Positions 14,900 through 22,671 of a stretch of DNA of 52,246 nucleotides are shown one piece after another (within the stretch, counting starts at the first letter, position 1; every line of letters starts with the position of its first letter). The DNA is from a virus. The position numbers and the translations under genes were made by a program. Below the pieces are notes generated by a model, which ran no database searches, was not told the origin of the DNA, and was given only the letters and a program-made list of their open reading frames with translations. The DNA is taken from IMG/VR virus record IMGVR_UViG_3300038428_000302, one strand, 5' to 3'.

Positions 14900-15412
14900 T
14901 CAATCTTCAGGCGCGTTAAGGCGTTCAAGCTGCTCGCGCAGTTCATTTACGCGCTGCGCGGCGAGCGCTTTAGCTGAAGGGCACATGTGCCACGGATAGG
15001 CATCCGACGCCTCCCACAGCTTGACAGCGATAGCTAGTTCAACGTCGTCTGCCGTCGCGAGATGAAAGCCCGAACAGTAAGCCGCCGGCATTGTCACTAT
15101 CTGCCGCTGGCAGGACTCCAAGCTAACTTGACCACCATCAATGTCTGTAATGGTGGCTTCCACGTTATGCAGCCGCACCTGCCCATTATCATATCGGCGC
15201 TCGTGCGCTCCGCAGTGGTAGCCCGTCACCGTGCAGAGGCCGCCGACTGTCAGCGGTGCGGGGATGGTCCATAGTCCGCCACCATCTTTGTCGCAGCGAA
15301 CAACCGGCAGGGATTTTTGGAGCGCGATCGCGCGCTCGTCTTTGGCATCCCACCTTTCAGCGACGGCGGAGTTGATGTTTTTCACCATGTCTAGCATTGC
15401 GTTATTTTTCAT
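14900..15412 (-). CDS. Hypothetical early protein (170 aa), first gene of the leftward early block
   Basis: Start moved to the ATG at 15412 (MKNNAMLDMV..), preceded by AAAGGGAAAACAAA. The track extension to 15538 runs into the divergent control region. Confidence 0.55.
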   Translation of the reverse strand: MKNNAMLDMVKNINSAVAERWDAKDERAIALQKSLPVVRCDKDGGGLWTIPAPLTVGGLCTVTGYHCGAHERRYDNGQVRLHNVEATITDIDGGQVSLESCQRQIVTMPAAYCSGFHLATADDVELAIAVKLWEASDAYPWHMCPSAKALAAQRVNELREQLERLNAPED

Positions 15413-15468
15413 TTTGTTTTCCCTTTGTTGAAATATCAGCACCGACAATCCGCGTCTGGGTTGGACTT

Positions 15469-15536
15469 GTGCAGACGAACTCGACGTGTGGTGTGATTGC
15501 CGCTGCCGGATAATTTTTTGTTCTGTTCGTCTGCAC
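15469..15536. promoter_or_regulatory. Perfect 12-bp inverted repeat GTGCAGACGAAC-N44-GTTCGTCTGCAC in the divergent control region
   Basis: Arms at 15469-15480 and 15525-15536, read directly. It lies upstream of the first leftward gene and is either an operator pair or a 5'-leader stem. Confidence 0.4.
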
Positions 15537-15680
15537 ACGCGTAGTCTCCCACAGTATTGTTATTATGTCAATCCTTTTTTTTTAAATTATTTCGTTGTAA
15601 ATCTTGCTATTGGTTTTGCAAAATATGGCTGGTAGAAAAGGTGCTTGACAATCTGCCCGCCTTGGTTGAGCTTGCCGAAC

Positions 15681-16082
15681 ATGGATGCAGCCGCAACACT
15701 TGAACGCCCGCGAGTCTTTCGCATTACTCCCGCAAACGCCCGCGAATTTCAACGGCGGAGTGCGGAAGCAAAACACCAAAACAAGCTCGCAAGGGCGTTG
15801 CGTAGTTCCCCGGCAGTTGTCAAAAACGCTTGCGAGGAGCGAATTGCGGAGATTGAAACAGAACGGGCAAGACTTCTACGTTTAATGCGTAACACTGACG
15901 AGGCGAACGACATCCAGAAGCTATGCGCCGCGCGCGCAACGCTGTTTGACGAGTGGCAAGTCCTGACTGGCACGCCAAACCCAGGCTCGCGGCGAGGCCG
16001 CCAAGACCGACAGGCAAGGCCCGTCGTCACTCTGCGGGACCCGCCGACACCGACACCACAAGAGAAGCCCGCTACGACATGA
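15681..16082 (+). CDS. Hypothetical protein (133 aa), basic N-terminus and Pro/Thr-rich C-terminus
   Basis: The ATG at 15681 is preferred over the TTG at 15645, because that TTG is part of a TTGACA hexamer (15645-15650) located 31 nt before the ATG. Confidence 0.5.
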   Translation: MDAAATLERPRVFRITPANAREFQRRSAEAKHQNKLARALRSSPAVVKNACEERIAEIETERARLLRLMRNTDEANDIQKLCAARATLFDEWQVLTGTPNPGSRRGRQDRQARPVVTLRDPPTPTPQEKPATT

Positions 16083-16241
16083 TTAGACACCACAACAGGT
16101 TGTGTATTGTGTTCAAAATAGGCTGGTCTTGTGGCCTTAAAACGCGAAAAAAACCACAAGCTTTAGAATCCCCTTTATTTGCAATAGTTTTGGAAGGTAG
16201 CCGACTAAATACAACGACTACAATTATACAATAATTATCAC

Positions 16242-16269
16242 TTGCAACTTTAATTCCTTGTGGTATCGT
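16242..16269 (+). promoter_or_regulatory. Sigma70-like promoter TTGCAA-N16-TATCGT, 5 nt upstream of the ATG at 16275
   Basis: Hexamers read directly. Leaderless geometry. Confidence 0.35.
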
Positions 16270-16274
16270 CTGGC

Positions 16275-16751
16275 ATGGCAAAACGCGGACGACCATTCGG
16301 AACTTTCAAAAATCCAGCAAGGCACGATTCAGCGGTTTATCGTCGTTGGTCTGGAATGATTCAACGCTGCAAGAACCCCAAAAGCCATATCTGGAAATAC
16401 TACGGTGGGCGCGGAATCACCGTTTGCGAGCGTTGGAGCGGTAAGGATGGATTTAAAAACTTCTACACTGACATGGGCGAACCAAACGGATTAACGCTTG
16501 ATAGGAAGGATGGATCGAGGGGTTACTCGCCGGACAACTGCCGATGGGCAACATGGAAAGAACAGGCTGCAAATAGGCGAATAGGCAGCAAAATAAACCC
16601 TAACAGCTTAATGCAACGCGCAAAGGCTGCTGGTTTGGACTACCACTTGGTTGTAAACCGTATTCGACTTGGATGGAGTGAAATCAAGGCTCTCACCACA
16701 CAAAAACTACCCCAAGGCGCACAACCTGGCCACAGAAACTACAGGTCATAA
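16275..16751 (+). CDS. DNA-binding protein of the AP2/HNH-associated type common in phages (158 aa)
   Basis: Conserved string YRRWSGMIQRCKNPKSHIWKYYGGRGITVCERW...F..FYTDMG.P.GLTLDRKD....YSPDNCRWATWKEQAANRR, which I recognise as a widespread phage family usually annotated as HNH/AP2-like. Confidence 0.6.
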   Translation: MAKRGRPFGTFKNPARHDSAVYRRWSGMIQRCKNPKSHIWKYYGGRGITVCERWSGKDGFKNFYTDMGEPNGLTLDRKDGSRGYSPDNCRWATWKEQAANRRIGSKINPNSLMQRAKAAGLDYHLVVNRIRLGWSEIKALTTQKLPQGAQPGHRNYRS

Positions 16752-16868
16752 CGCTCCACGATTCGATTACAGCCATCCTGACTCCCTACCCGCTACCCTG
16801 ACACCATCCGACGGCTGAACGCCACAGCGCGACGGCAGCTCGGCGCAGGGAAAACATTCTTTTTTGCC

Positions 16869-16905
16869 GGGGGACAGGGGGTGGGACGGGGTGCCGGGGG
16901 AGGGG
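16869..16905 (+). other. G-quadruplex-forming motif (six G-runs of 3-5 G with 1-4 nt loops)
   Basis: GGGGGacaGGGGGtGGGacGGGGtgccGGGGGaGGGG, read directly, in a non-coding region. Confidence 0.6.
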
Positions 16906-17003
16906 CTTTTCAGACCGGCACGCGCGGCGTGACTCCCTCTCTCTGATCGAGCCTCAATTTTAGGGTAATTTCCAATCAGAATTTCTAATCAAGGTTTTAA
17001 TCA

Positions 17004-17162
17004 GTCCACCCTACTAGTCCATATGGATGTCCACGTTGACGGGACATGGACTGTGAGTTGTCCACCTTCAGTCCAGTCCACCCCCCCCGGTAGGGGGGGT
17101 GGACAGGTGGACTACACACATGTCCATAGGGGTGTTGTCCATTTTTAGGACAGGGGGGTGGA
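17004..17162. repeat. Iteron-like array: 12 copies of GTCCA(C/T/G) or its complement within 159 bp; candidate replication origin or protein-binding array
   Basis: Forward copies at 17004, 17017, 17029, 17059, 17070, 17075, 17121 and 17136. Reverse copies at 17045, 17098, 17106 and 17157. Several extend to GTCCACCCCC / GGGGGTGGAC. Non-coding, directly downstream of the primase-helicase gene. Confidence 0.5.
17075..17103. other. GC-rich palindrome GTCCACCCCCCC-cggta-GGGGGGGTGGAC (12-bp stem)
   Basis: Read directly. No U-tract on either strand, so it is unlikely to be a simple terminator. Confidence 0.7.
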
Positions 17163-17171
17163 CTAGAATTT

Positions 17172-19049
17172 TCAGGGAGAATTAAACGAACCTTTTGGCA
17201 TGAGTTTCTGGTATTTTTCTGAAGGTTGAGACCAGAACAGCAATTCAGCTTTTTCGGCACGTTTAAGCCAGTTGAAAGCGGCTGTGCGGGAGCAACCTGA
17301 ATCGTCCATAACCAGTTTTGCCAATTCCGCCTTAGACATTGAGGAACGGCACAGTTCAGCTACCCGTTCAACGGTTGTAGCTGGGGTGATGGCTTTACCT
17401 CCCATACCTTCACGCCAGCCATCAATATCGAAAGAGGCATCAATCTCATAAATCATAGTTTCGGTGTTGAGAACGACGGAGAAAGGCTCAAATTCCTTGC
17501 CATTCGAGTTTTTACCACAAGAGATGACGAGCGTTTCACTGTTTTCCGTTGAGCCGGCGGCGACATTGATTTGGCCGCGTGTCCAAGCGTGGAGAACCTT
17601 TGAATTGCGGGAAAAGGAAGCGCGATCCTCCCCGGTTGCCTTGGCAGCGCCAGCTTTGCCGGTTAGGGCATGGTGAAGGACGAGTGGAATTCGATTAGAA
17701 TTACCGGACTTGGTTAGTTGGGAAATACATTGGAGGGATGAAGCCATGTCCACGTCTTTGTTAAGGTCTCCAATTTGGAAATTATAGAGACTGTCCCAAA
17801 CACAGGCATCCGGTTTATCCTCAGCTATCAGGTCGAAGATGGAACAGCGATGCGCCTCATCGTCGAGGCTTAAAAAGCCGTCATTGTCGGTTTCAAGCGT
17901 GTGTAATTTCAGCTGGTTGTTCACCTTTTTCCAATCGTGATCACCGAGCCAAGCCCGGATCTTACTGAGGTCAAATTGAAGGCGGCGGGTGGAGTTTTCA
18001 GCTTGAATAAAGAGCCAGCGCAATGTCGGTGCACGGGTTTCAAAGCCTAAGAACTGTCGTCCGGTGATGCAACAACAAGCCATTTGCAGGGCGAGCCGGG
18101 ACTTGCCAACAGATGACGCACCGCAGATAGTGGCGTTTTGACCTTTAGCGAGCAGTCGGTCGCCCAACACGATGTCGGTGTCGTCAAAGGACATGGCTAG
18201 TATTTCGTCGGGTGTTCGGATGGAAAGTTTAACCTTCACCGTTTCGGCTTCATCATCCGGTGTGCCATGAAATTCAAATTCCGGGGGTGGTGTTGACCAT
18301 TCAGGGGTTTGTGCCACCATCGCCTCGATGTGGAGTGCGTTTCCGCCAGCAGCGAAGAAGTCGTAAGCATCTTTGACAGGCTTACCGTTCAGGTCGGGCA
18401 GTTCAATCACTTTCAAGGATTCAACCTCGGCAACCAGTTTGGCGGCGACCATTTGCGCGTGCGCCCTACCCGGTGGGTCTTTGTCCGGGATGATGACAAC
18501 ATTTGCCCCGCGTAGGGTTTCGGTATAATTGTCCTGCCATTTGCCCGCACCGCCGGGATTGCAGGTCGCGCACAATCCCATTTCATTCATTTTGAGGCAG
18601 TCTTTTTCTCCTTCGCAGATGTAAATCGTCTTTGCCACCTTGATTGCCGAAAATACTTCTGGCAACCGATACAGTGAGCGGGTCACGCCGTCCATTTTCC
18701 ATATCCAACCGCCATGTCCGTCGGGTGTGCGCTGGCGGAACGTTTTGGGGTCAAACCTGACAACCTGAAAAATCAACTTGCCGTTGGCGTCTTGATAATC
18801 GTATTCAGCGGAGATTTTCGGCCTTATCTCACGATCAGGGAACAGGTCGGAAAGTTTCAAACCAAGAGAGGTGCAAATTGCTTCCGGCGTGCAACCACTG
18901 TGGCAATGGAGCAAGATTTTTCCGTCAGTGCCGCTGGTGATGGAAAGCGATGGATTTGAGTCGGGGTGGGCTGGGCAGCACGCCTGCCAAGAGTTTGCTC
19001 CCGACTTTTTAGAGTCGGGGAATTTAGTCAGCAGTTCTTCAATTCTCAC
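17172..19049 (-). CDS. Bifunctional DNA primase / replicative helicase (625 aa)
   Basis: N-terminal zinc motif CCPAHPDSNPS...LHCHSGC. TOPRIM motifs YICEGEKDCL and VVIIPDKDPPG. C-terminal RecA/DnaB-like ATPase with Walker A ICGASSVGKSRLA and Walker B-like ACVWDSL. GTG start with a GTGA overlap. Confidence 0.85.
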   Translation of the reverse strand: MRIEELLTKFPDSKKSGANSWQACCPAHPDSNPSLSITSGTDGKILLHCHSGCTPEAICTSLGLKLSDLFPDREIRPKISAEYDYQDANGKLIFQVVRFDPKTFRQRTPDGHGGWIWKMDGVTRSLYRLPEVFSAIKVAKTIYICEGEKDCLKMNEMGLCATCNPGGAGKWQDNYTETLRGANVVIIPDKDPPGRAHAQMVAAKLVAEVESLKVIELPDLNGKPVKDAYDFFAAGGNALHIEAMVAQTPEWSTPPPEFEFHGTPDDEAETVKVKLSIRTPDEILAMSFDDTDIVLGDRLLAKGQNATICGASSVGKSRLALQMACCCITGRQFLGFETRAPTLRWLFIQAENSTRRLQFDLSKIRAWLGDHDWKKVNNQLKLHTLETDNDGFLSLDDEAHRCSIFDLIAEDKPDACVWDSLYNFQIGDLNKDVDMASSLQCISQLTKSGNSNRIPLVLHHALTGKAGAAKATGEDRASFSRNSKVLHAWTRGQINVAAGSTENSETLVISCGKNSNGKEFEPFSVVLNTETMIYEIDASFDIDGWREGMGGKAITPATTVERVAELCRSSMSKAELAKLVMDDSGCSRTAAFNWLKRAEKAELLFWSQPSEKYQKLMPKGSFNSP

Positions 19050-19342
19050 AATTTTCCTTTCGGAAGGAAAACTCTTTCGGGAGATTTACCCGGTTCGTAA
19101 ATCCATATTTGGTGGCCTTTCTTACTGGACAAGAAAACGTGCATCAATTTAAGTTTCCATTCATCAGCGAGCGATTGATTGACCGTATTCATCCAAGCGA
19201 TGTAAGGTTGAATAATCCACTTGCCGGGTTTTGACGACCATTCCATGTTGCGGATGGTGATTGTGCCGTTTTCAGTTGGGCGGTCATCAATATGGACGGT
19301 GCAGATAACGCCTTTTCCAAAATTACATTCAAAGATTTTCAT
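19046..19342 (-). CDS. Hypothetical protein (98 aa)
   Basis: ORF overlapping the primase start by 4 nt. A promoter-like element lies upstream. Confidence 0.55.
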   Translation of the reverse strand: MKIFECNFGKGVICTVHIDDRPTENGTITIRNMEWSSKPGKWIIQPYIAWMNTVNQSLADEWKLKLMHVFLSSKKGHQIWIYEPGKSPERVFLPKGKL

Positions 19343-19446
19343 AAGTAAAAAGGACGCTGCAAATCTTTCCCATTGTAAGTTGTGACACTCGCGGCAGGGT
19401 CGGAAAAGCAGCGTCCAAATTCGATTTTGCGAATGTCACAATCGCA

Positions 19447-19474
19447 AACATACCACATCCCCAAAATCCGTCAA
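19447..19474 (-). promoter_or_regulatory. Sigma70-like promoter TTGACG-N16-TATGTT (minus strand)
   Basis: Plus-strand cgtcaa at 19469-19474 and aacata at 19447-19452. Followed by inverted repeats at 19352-19441. Confidence 0.35.
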
Positions 19475-19674
19475 CAAAAAAGATTCGGTTGTTTCAACTC
19501 CGCCCAATCGAGCGAAAAAATCCAGAGACATTTTTTTGATTCACCACGTTGCATAGAGCAAATCCAATAATCTCCATTGTCATCCAAAGAATGTTTTTGC
19601 CTTGCGAAAATGCCGTCTAAATCTTCGCGGTTGGCGTGGAGGATGGTGGGGCGGTCAGTGGTTGGTGCGGTCAT
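19471..19674 (-). CDS. Hypothetical protein (67 aa)
   Basis: ORF with an ATGA overlap to 19671..19988. Confidence 0.5.
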   Translation of the reverse strand: MTAPTTDRPTILHANREDLDGIFARQKHSLDDNGDYWICSMQRGESKKCLWIFSLDWAELKQPNLFC

Positions 19675-19988
19675 GCCTCAACAAGCTCCGGCGGTTTGGG
19701 AGCGCGTTCGTGCCTTGACTCTTTGTTCTTCGCTCGAATTTCTTCCAGAGGTCTGAACCGTGTCTCGCTGAACCCGCGCTCCAAAGCAGCTTTACTGTTC
19801 GCCTTTGGGTTGACTAATCCAATGAGCAAAACACAGACATCGCCTTGACTGCCAGGCTGGTGCTGGCCTATCACCAAGTCACGAATGACATAGGTGACGC
19901 CTTCTACGGGAAGTGCGGTGTAAAGTTTGGCGATTGCTTGAATGAACTTGTCATCAATGCAGACGACTTTTTGGCCGATGGTGAACAT
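19671..19988 (-). CDS. Hypothetical conserved phage protein (105 aa)
   Basis: Pattern GQKVVCIDD...P.EGVTYVIRD....G..L.GL.NP......E.GF...RFRPL recalls a common small phage family of unknown function. Confidence 0.55.
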   Translation of the reverse strand: MFTIGQKVVCIDDKFIQAIAKLYTALPVEGVTYVIRDLVIGQHQPGSQGDVCVLLIGLVNPKANSKAALERGFSETRFRPLEEIRAKNKESRHERAPKPPELVEA

Positions 19989-19989
19989 T

Positions 19990-20247
19990 TTATTTCCTCT
20001 TAATCGCAGGCGTTTTTGACTGGCATTGGACTTTCAGGCGGTTGAACTTTGTGTTCTTAAAGAATTTTTTCACCCCCAACCGCTCGCGCTCATAATCCAA
20101 AGCCCGTTTGTAGTGTTTTTCGCACAGTCCCTTCATCACTTCGGGCTTGCCGCAAATCAGGCACTTGTGCTGCGATTTTTTACGAAGCTGCCACTTGCGC
20201 TGGCGCGACACGTCCAAGTGAGCGAATTGATCAAGAGTCTTTTTCAT
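19990..20247 (-). CDS. Small basic Cys-containing protein (85 aa), possible zinc-binding DNA-binding protein
   Basis: CLICGKPEVMKGLCEKHYKR (C-x2-C ... C-x2-H). Highly basic. Confidence 0.5.
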   Translation of the reverse strand: MKKTLDQFAHLDVSRQRKWQLRKKSQHKCLICGKPEVMKGLCEKHYKRALDYERERLGVKKFFKNTKFNRLKVQCQSKTPAIKRK

Positions 20248-20345
20248 TGCGTGAAGTCAATTTATATCGCACATTCTTAATGTCAATGATTTTTTTGAAA
20301 TCATTTTTAGGGTTGTGGCGCGATTACCAAATTTTTCGCCGGACG

Positions 20346-20672
20346 ATGAAGGAATGGCTTGGCGACGGCGGAAAGCCCGTTGCGACGAAAGTTTCTCAGG
20401 CGCGGGCGGATATATGTCTGGATTGCAAGTTCAACGTAAAGAACGTGATGACGGAAAGTTTTGGTGATGCTTACAGGCGTCATCTGGCGGCAAAGAGACG
20501 GATGAAACTTGAGGTTGTGGGAGAGACGTTGCTGCATACCTGCCAGCTTTGTCGGTGTTCACTCCCTTTGAAGATTCATGTGCCGTTCAAACACATTCGG
20601 GCGTATCAAAGGGAGGAAATCAGGCAGGCGATAATGAAGGGCAAGCCGGCGTGTTGGCAACTCAAGCCGTGA
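20346..20672 (+). CDS. Cys-rich hypothetical protein (108 aa; alternative starts at 20247 or 20280)
   Basis: Two CxxC pairs (CLDC, CQLC). An isolated plus-strand gene between two minus-strand blocks. Start uncertain. Confidence 0.45.
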   Translation: MKEWLGDGGKPVATKVSQARADICLDCKFNVKNVMTESFGDAYRRHLAAKRRMKLEVVGETLLHTCQLCRCSLPLKIHVPFKHIRAYQREEIRQAIMKGKPACWQLKP

Positions 20673-20678
20673 TGTATT

Positions 20679-20873
20679 TCATGGTAATTTACTACTGACT
20701 CTTACTGTGTGATGAATCCGCAATTTTCTCAAATTTTCTTTAATGCGAAATTTATCCGCTACCAGCTCACATTCCTTTTCTGAATCGGGATTGCAATTTT
20801 CCTTAACAGCGTCATCCACCATTTGTTTCTGGCGTATTTCGGACAATTTGTGCGCTGTGTATTCAACACTCAT
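20679..20873 (-). CDS. Hypothetical protein (64 aa)
   Basis: Last ORF of the terminase-portal operon. ATGA overlap with 20870..21292. Confidence 0.5.
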   Translation of the reverse strand: MSVEYTAHKLSEIRQKQMVDDAVKENCNPDSEKECELVADKFRIKENLRKLRIHHTVRVSSKLP

Positions 20874-21292
20874 TCTTTAATTGAATTTGATATTCCCATT
20901 ACACGATTGCATTCTTCATCGTATTTTCTCCATGATGCCAAAGTGCCGTGAATCACAATCCGCTCCCACCACGAACCCATCACATGACCTATCCGATATG
21001 GTGCTGCGGAGTCGAATCCCGGCTCACTATGCGGGTCGCGTGCGCCGAGCAGAAATTCTTTTTCACACCGAAGATCGAAGGCATCGCACTCCTTGGTCGT
21101 GATGGCGAACAGCCAGCAATAAAGGGATTCAATCAATTCATGGCCAATGACCGCTAGTGAATATTGCCATTTGGGAAGTTTCGCCACCACCAAATGTAAT
21201 GTACCCTTATTGTGCGGCGCATCGAATCGCCATGTGCCGACAGTCACCCATCCATTCGGTGCGCCATCAGTTCTTTCTATCTTAATTTTCAT
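20870..21292 (-). CDS. Hypothetical protein (140 aa) coupled to the ATP-grasp gene
   Basis: ATGA overlaps on both sides. Contains GHELIES, which is not a canonical HExxH. Function unknown. Confidence 0.55.
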   Translation of the reverse strand: MKIKIERTDGAPNGWVTVGTWRFDAPHNKGTLHLVVAKLPKWQYSLAVIGHELIESLYCWLFAITTKECDAFDLRCEKEFLLGARDPHSEPGFDSAAPYRIGHVMGSWWERIVIHGTLASWRKYDEECNRVMGISNSIKE

Positions 21293-22671
21293 AGCAAGTC
21301 GGAGTTGATGAGGAAATCGTAGCGGTTCAAAATTGATGTAAAATAAGCGCGGGAAAGAAAATCGAATTTTGGGCGGTAATAAACTCCCGTCATTACAAAT
21401 CCGTCAATGGCATCATATACTTTCCGCACACAGTCATCAATGGTGTTTCCTGCTCCGGTAGCACATCCCAAATCTTTATCATAGCCCACACTGACAAATC
21501 TTTTCTTTTCTTCGGATTCGCCCTCCATTTTTTTAATACAGTAGAAAAAAAGTCGTTCCGATACTTCATTTAACCAGTCCATCGTATATTCTCCCTCATA
21601 CATGTCAGGTTCTTTGCCGTTGGGTTCAGTTTGAAACATGCGAACTGCCGATCCGAACTTCCATTTAAGAGGATTTTTACCTTCCGCAATCAGGTCAAAA
21701 TGGTTGACAACAGATAATCTTCCATTTTTATCTCCGCACATGGCAATTTCCGCGAACATGCCATCAAATCCCCAACGGTTGGCACAAAATTCCGTGAAGT
21801 AAAAATCATTCCCATCAAAAAGAAGTCCAGCATCAAAGATTGAGATACCGGGCTGTTTTTTTGCCATTTCGTAGATAATTGGCGGAAAGGCAATCTTATT
21901 AAGTTCGCAATCCAGTCGGGTTTGAATAGTTAAATCCTGACAACCTCCGGTAAGTCGTCCGATGTTTCCAGAACCTAATGGCTTGTTTTCAATTTCGACC
22001 ACACTAAAAAGCGGGACACCGTCCCAAAATACCATCACTGGAGTCAACTCGACCGGCTTTTTTATTTTTTCCTCCAGTGTGAATCCTCCGCGCTCATATT
22101 CTGCGGCCTCAGTGGTTAATGCTCCCGAAAGTTGCCTCCGAGCCAGTTCCGGATCGGGAGTATCTGGGACGACTGTTTCCGCATTGCTTCCCTCACTTTT
22201 AAGCACAAAGATTTTGTCTGGGTTTTCCTCTAAAAAAGCCAGTGCGTCCTCGACTTTTTGAAATTCAGAAACCTCGGCAACCTTCAATTCAGGATAGTAT
22301 TTTTTAGCAAAATCCTTGCCCGCCTGCCGGTCTTTTTCAAGCGTGTATCCTTCCTCGGTTGGGAAAACGCCTTTCGTAAAACCCATGTCCAGAGCTTTCT
22401 GTGAATACTCCCATAAATCTCCATAATCAAACATCACGAACCATTCATCTTTATTCTCAATGGTGGCCATCCACTCAATCACATCGTCGGCGGATTGCTT
22501 TTCAAAAATCCCATCATAGAGAGAAAGGCGGCTTTCGCTCTTTCCTTTTGGCGTCTTTGGGTTTTCTTCATCTTTAACCATTCCCACCACAACCCTCTTG
22601 CCATCATCCATCAATCTGTCGGCGATTGGCAGCGGGTGAAAATCTCTTGTGATAAAAATATAATTATTCAT
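21289..22671 (-). CDS. ATP-grasp ligase, PurD (glycinamide ribonucleotide synthetase)-like (460 aa)
   Basis: Collinear resemblance to PurD: LEKDRQAGKDFAKKY...VEDALAFLEENPDKIFVLKSEG, TLEEKIKKPVELTPVMVFWDG, ENKPLGSGNIGRLTGGCQ (compare QDHKR..D.GPNTGGMG), IFDAGLLFDGNDFYFTEFCANRWG (compare FLYAGLM....KVIEFNCRFG). Confidence 0.7.
   Translation of the reverse strand: MNNYIFITRDFHPLPIADRLMDDGKRVVVGMVKDEENPKTPKGKSESRLSLYDGIFEKQSADDVIEWMATIENKDEWFVMFDYGDLWEYSQKALDMGFTKGVFPTEEGYTLEKDRQAGKDFAKKYYPELKVAEVSEFQKVEDALAFLEENPDKIFVLKSEGSNAETVVPDTPDPELARRQLSGALTTEAAEYERGGFTLEEKIKKPVELTPVMVFWDGVPLFSVVEIENKPLGSGNIGRLTGGCQDLTIQTRLDCELNKIAFPPIIYEMAKKQPGISIFDAGLLFDGNDFYFTEFCANRWGFDGMFAEIAMCGDKNGRLSVVNHFDLIAEGKNPLKWKFGSAVRMFQTEPNGKEPDMYEGEYTMDWLNEVSERLFFYCIKKMEGESEEKKRFVSVGYDKDLGCATGAGNTIDDCVRKVYDAIDGFVMTGVYYRPKFDFLSRAYFTSILNRYDFLINSDLL

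Noticed and set aside
17075-17103. GC-rich hairpin as a rho-independent terminator of the primase-helicase gene
   Set aside because: No U-tract follows the stem on either strand. It is embedded in an array of the same GTCCAC word, so a protein-binding or origin role fits better.
16997-17260. 87-aa minus-strand ORF spanning the iteron array
   Set aside because: It overlaps the 3' end of the primase-helicase gene in another frame, and most of it consists of translated GTCCAC and poly-G/C repeats. No start context.
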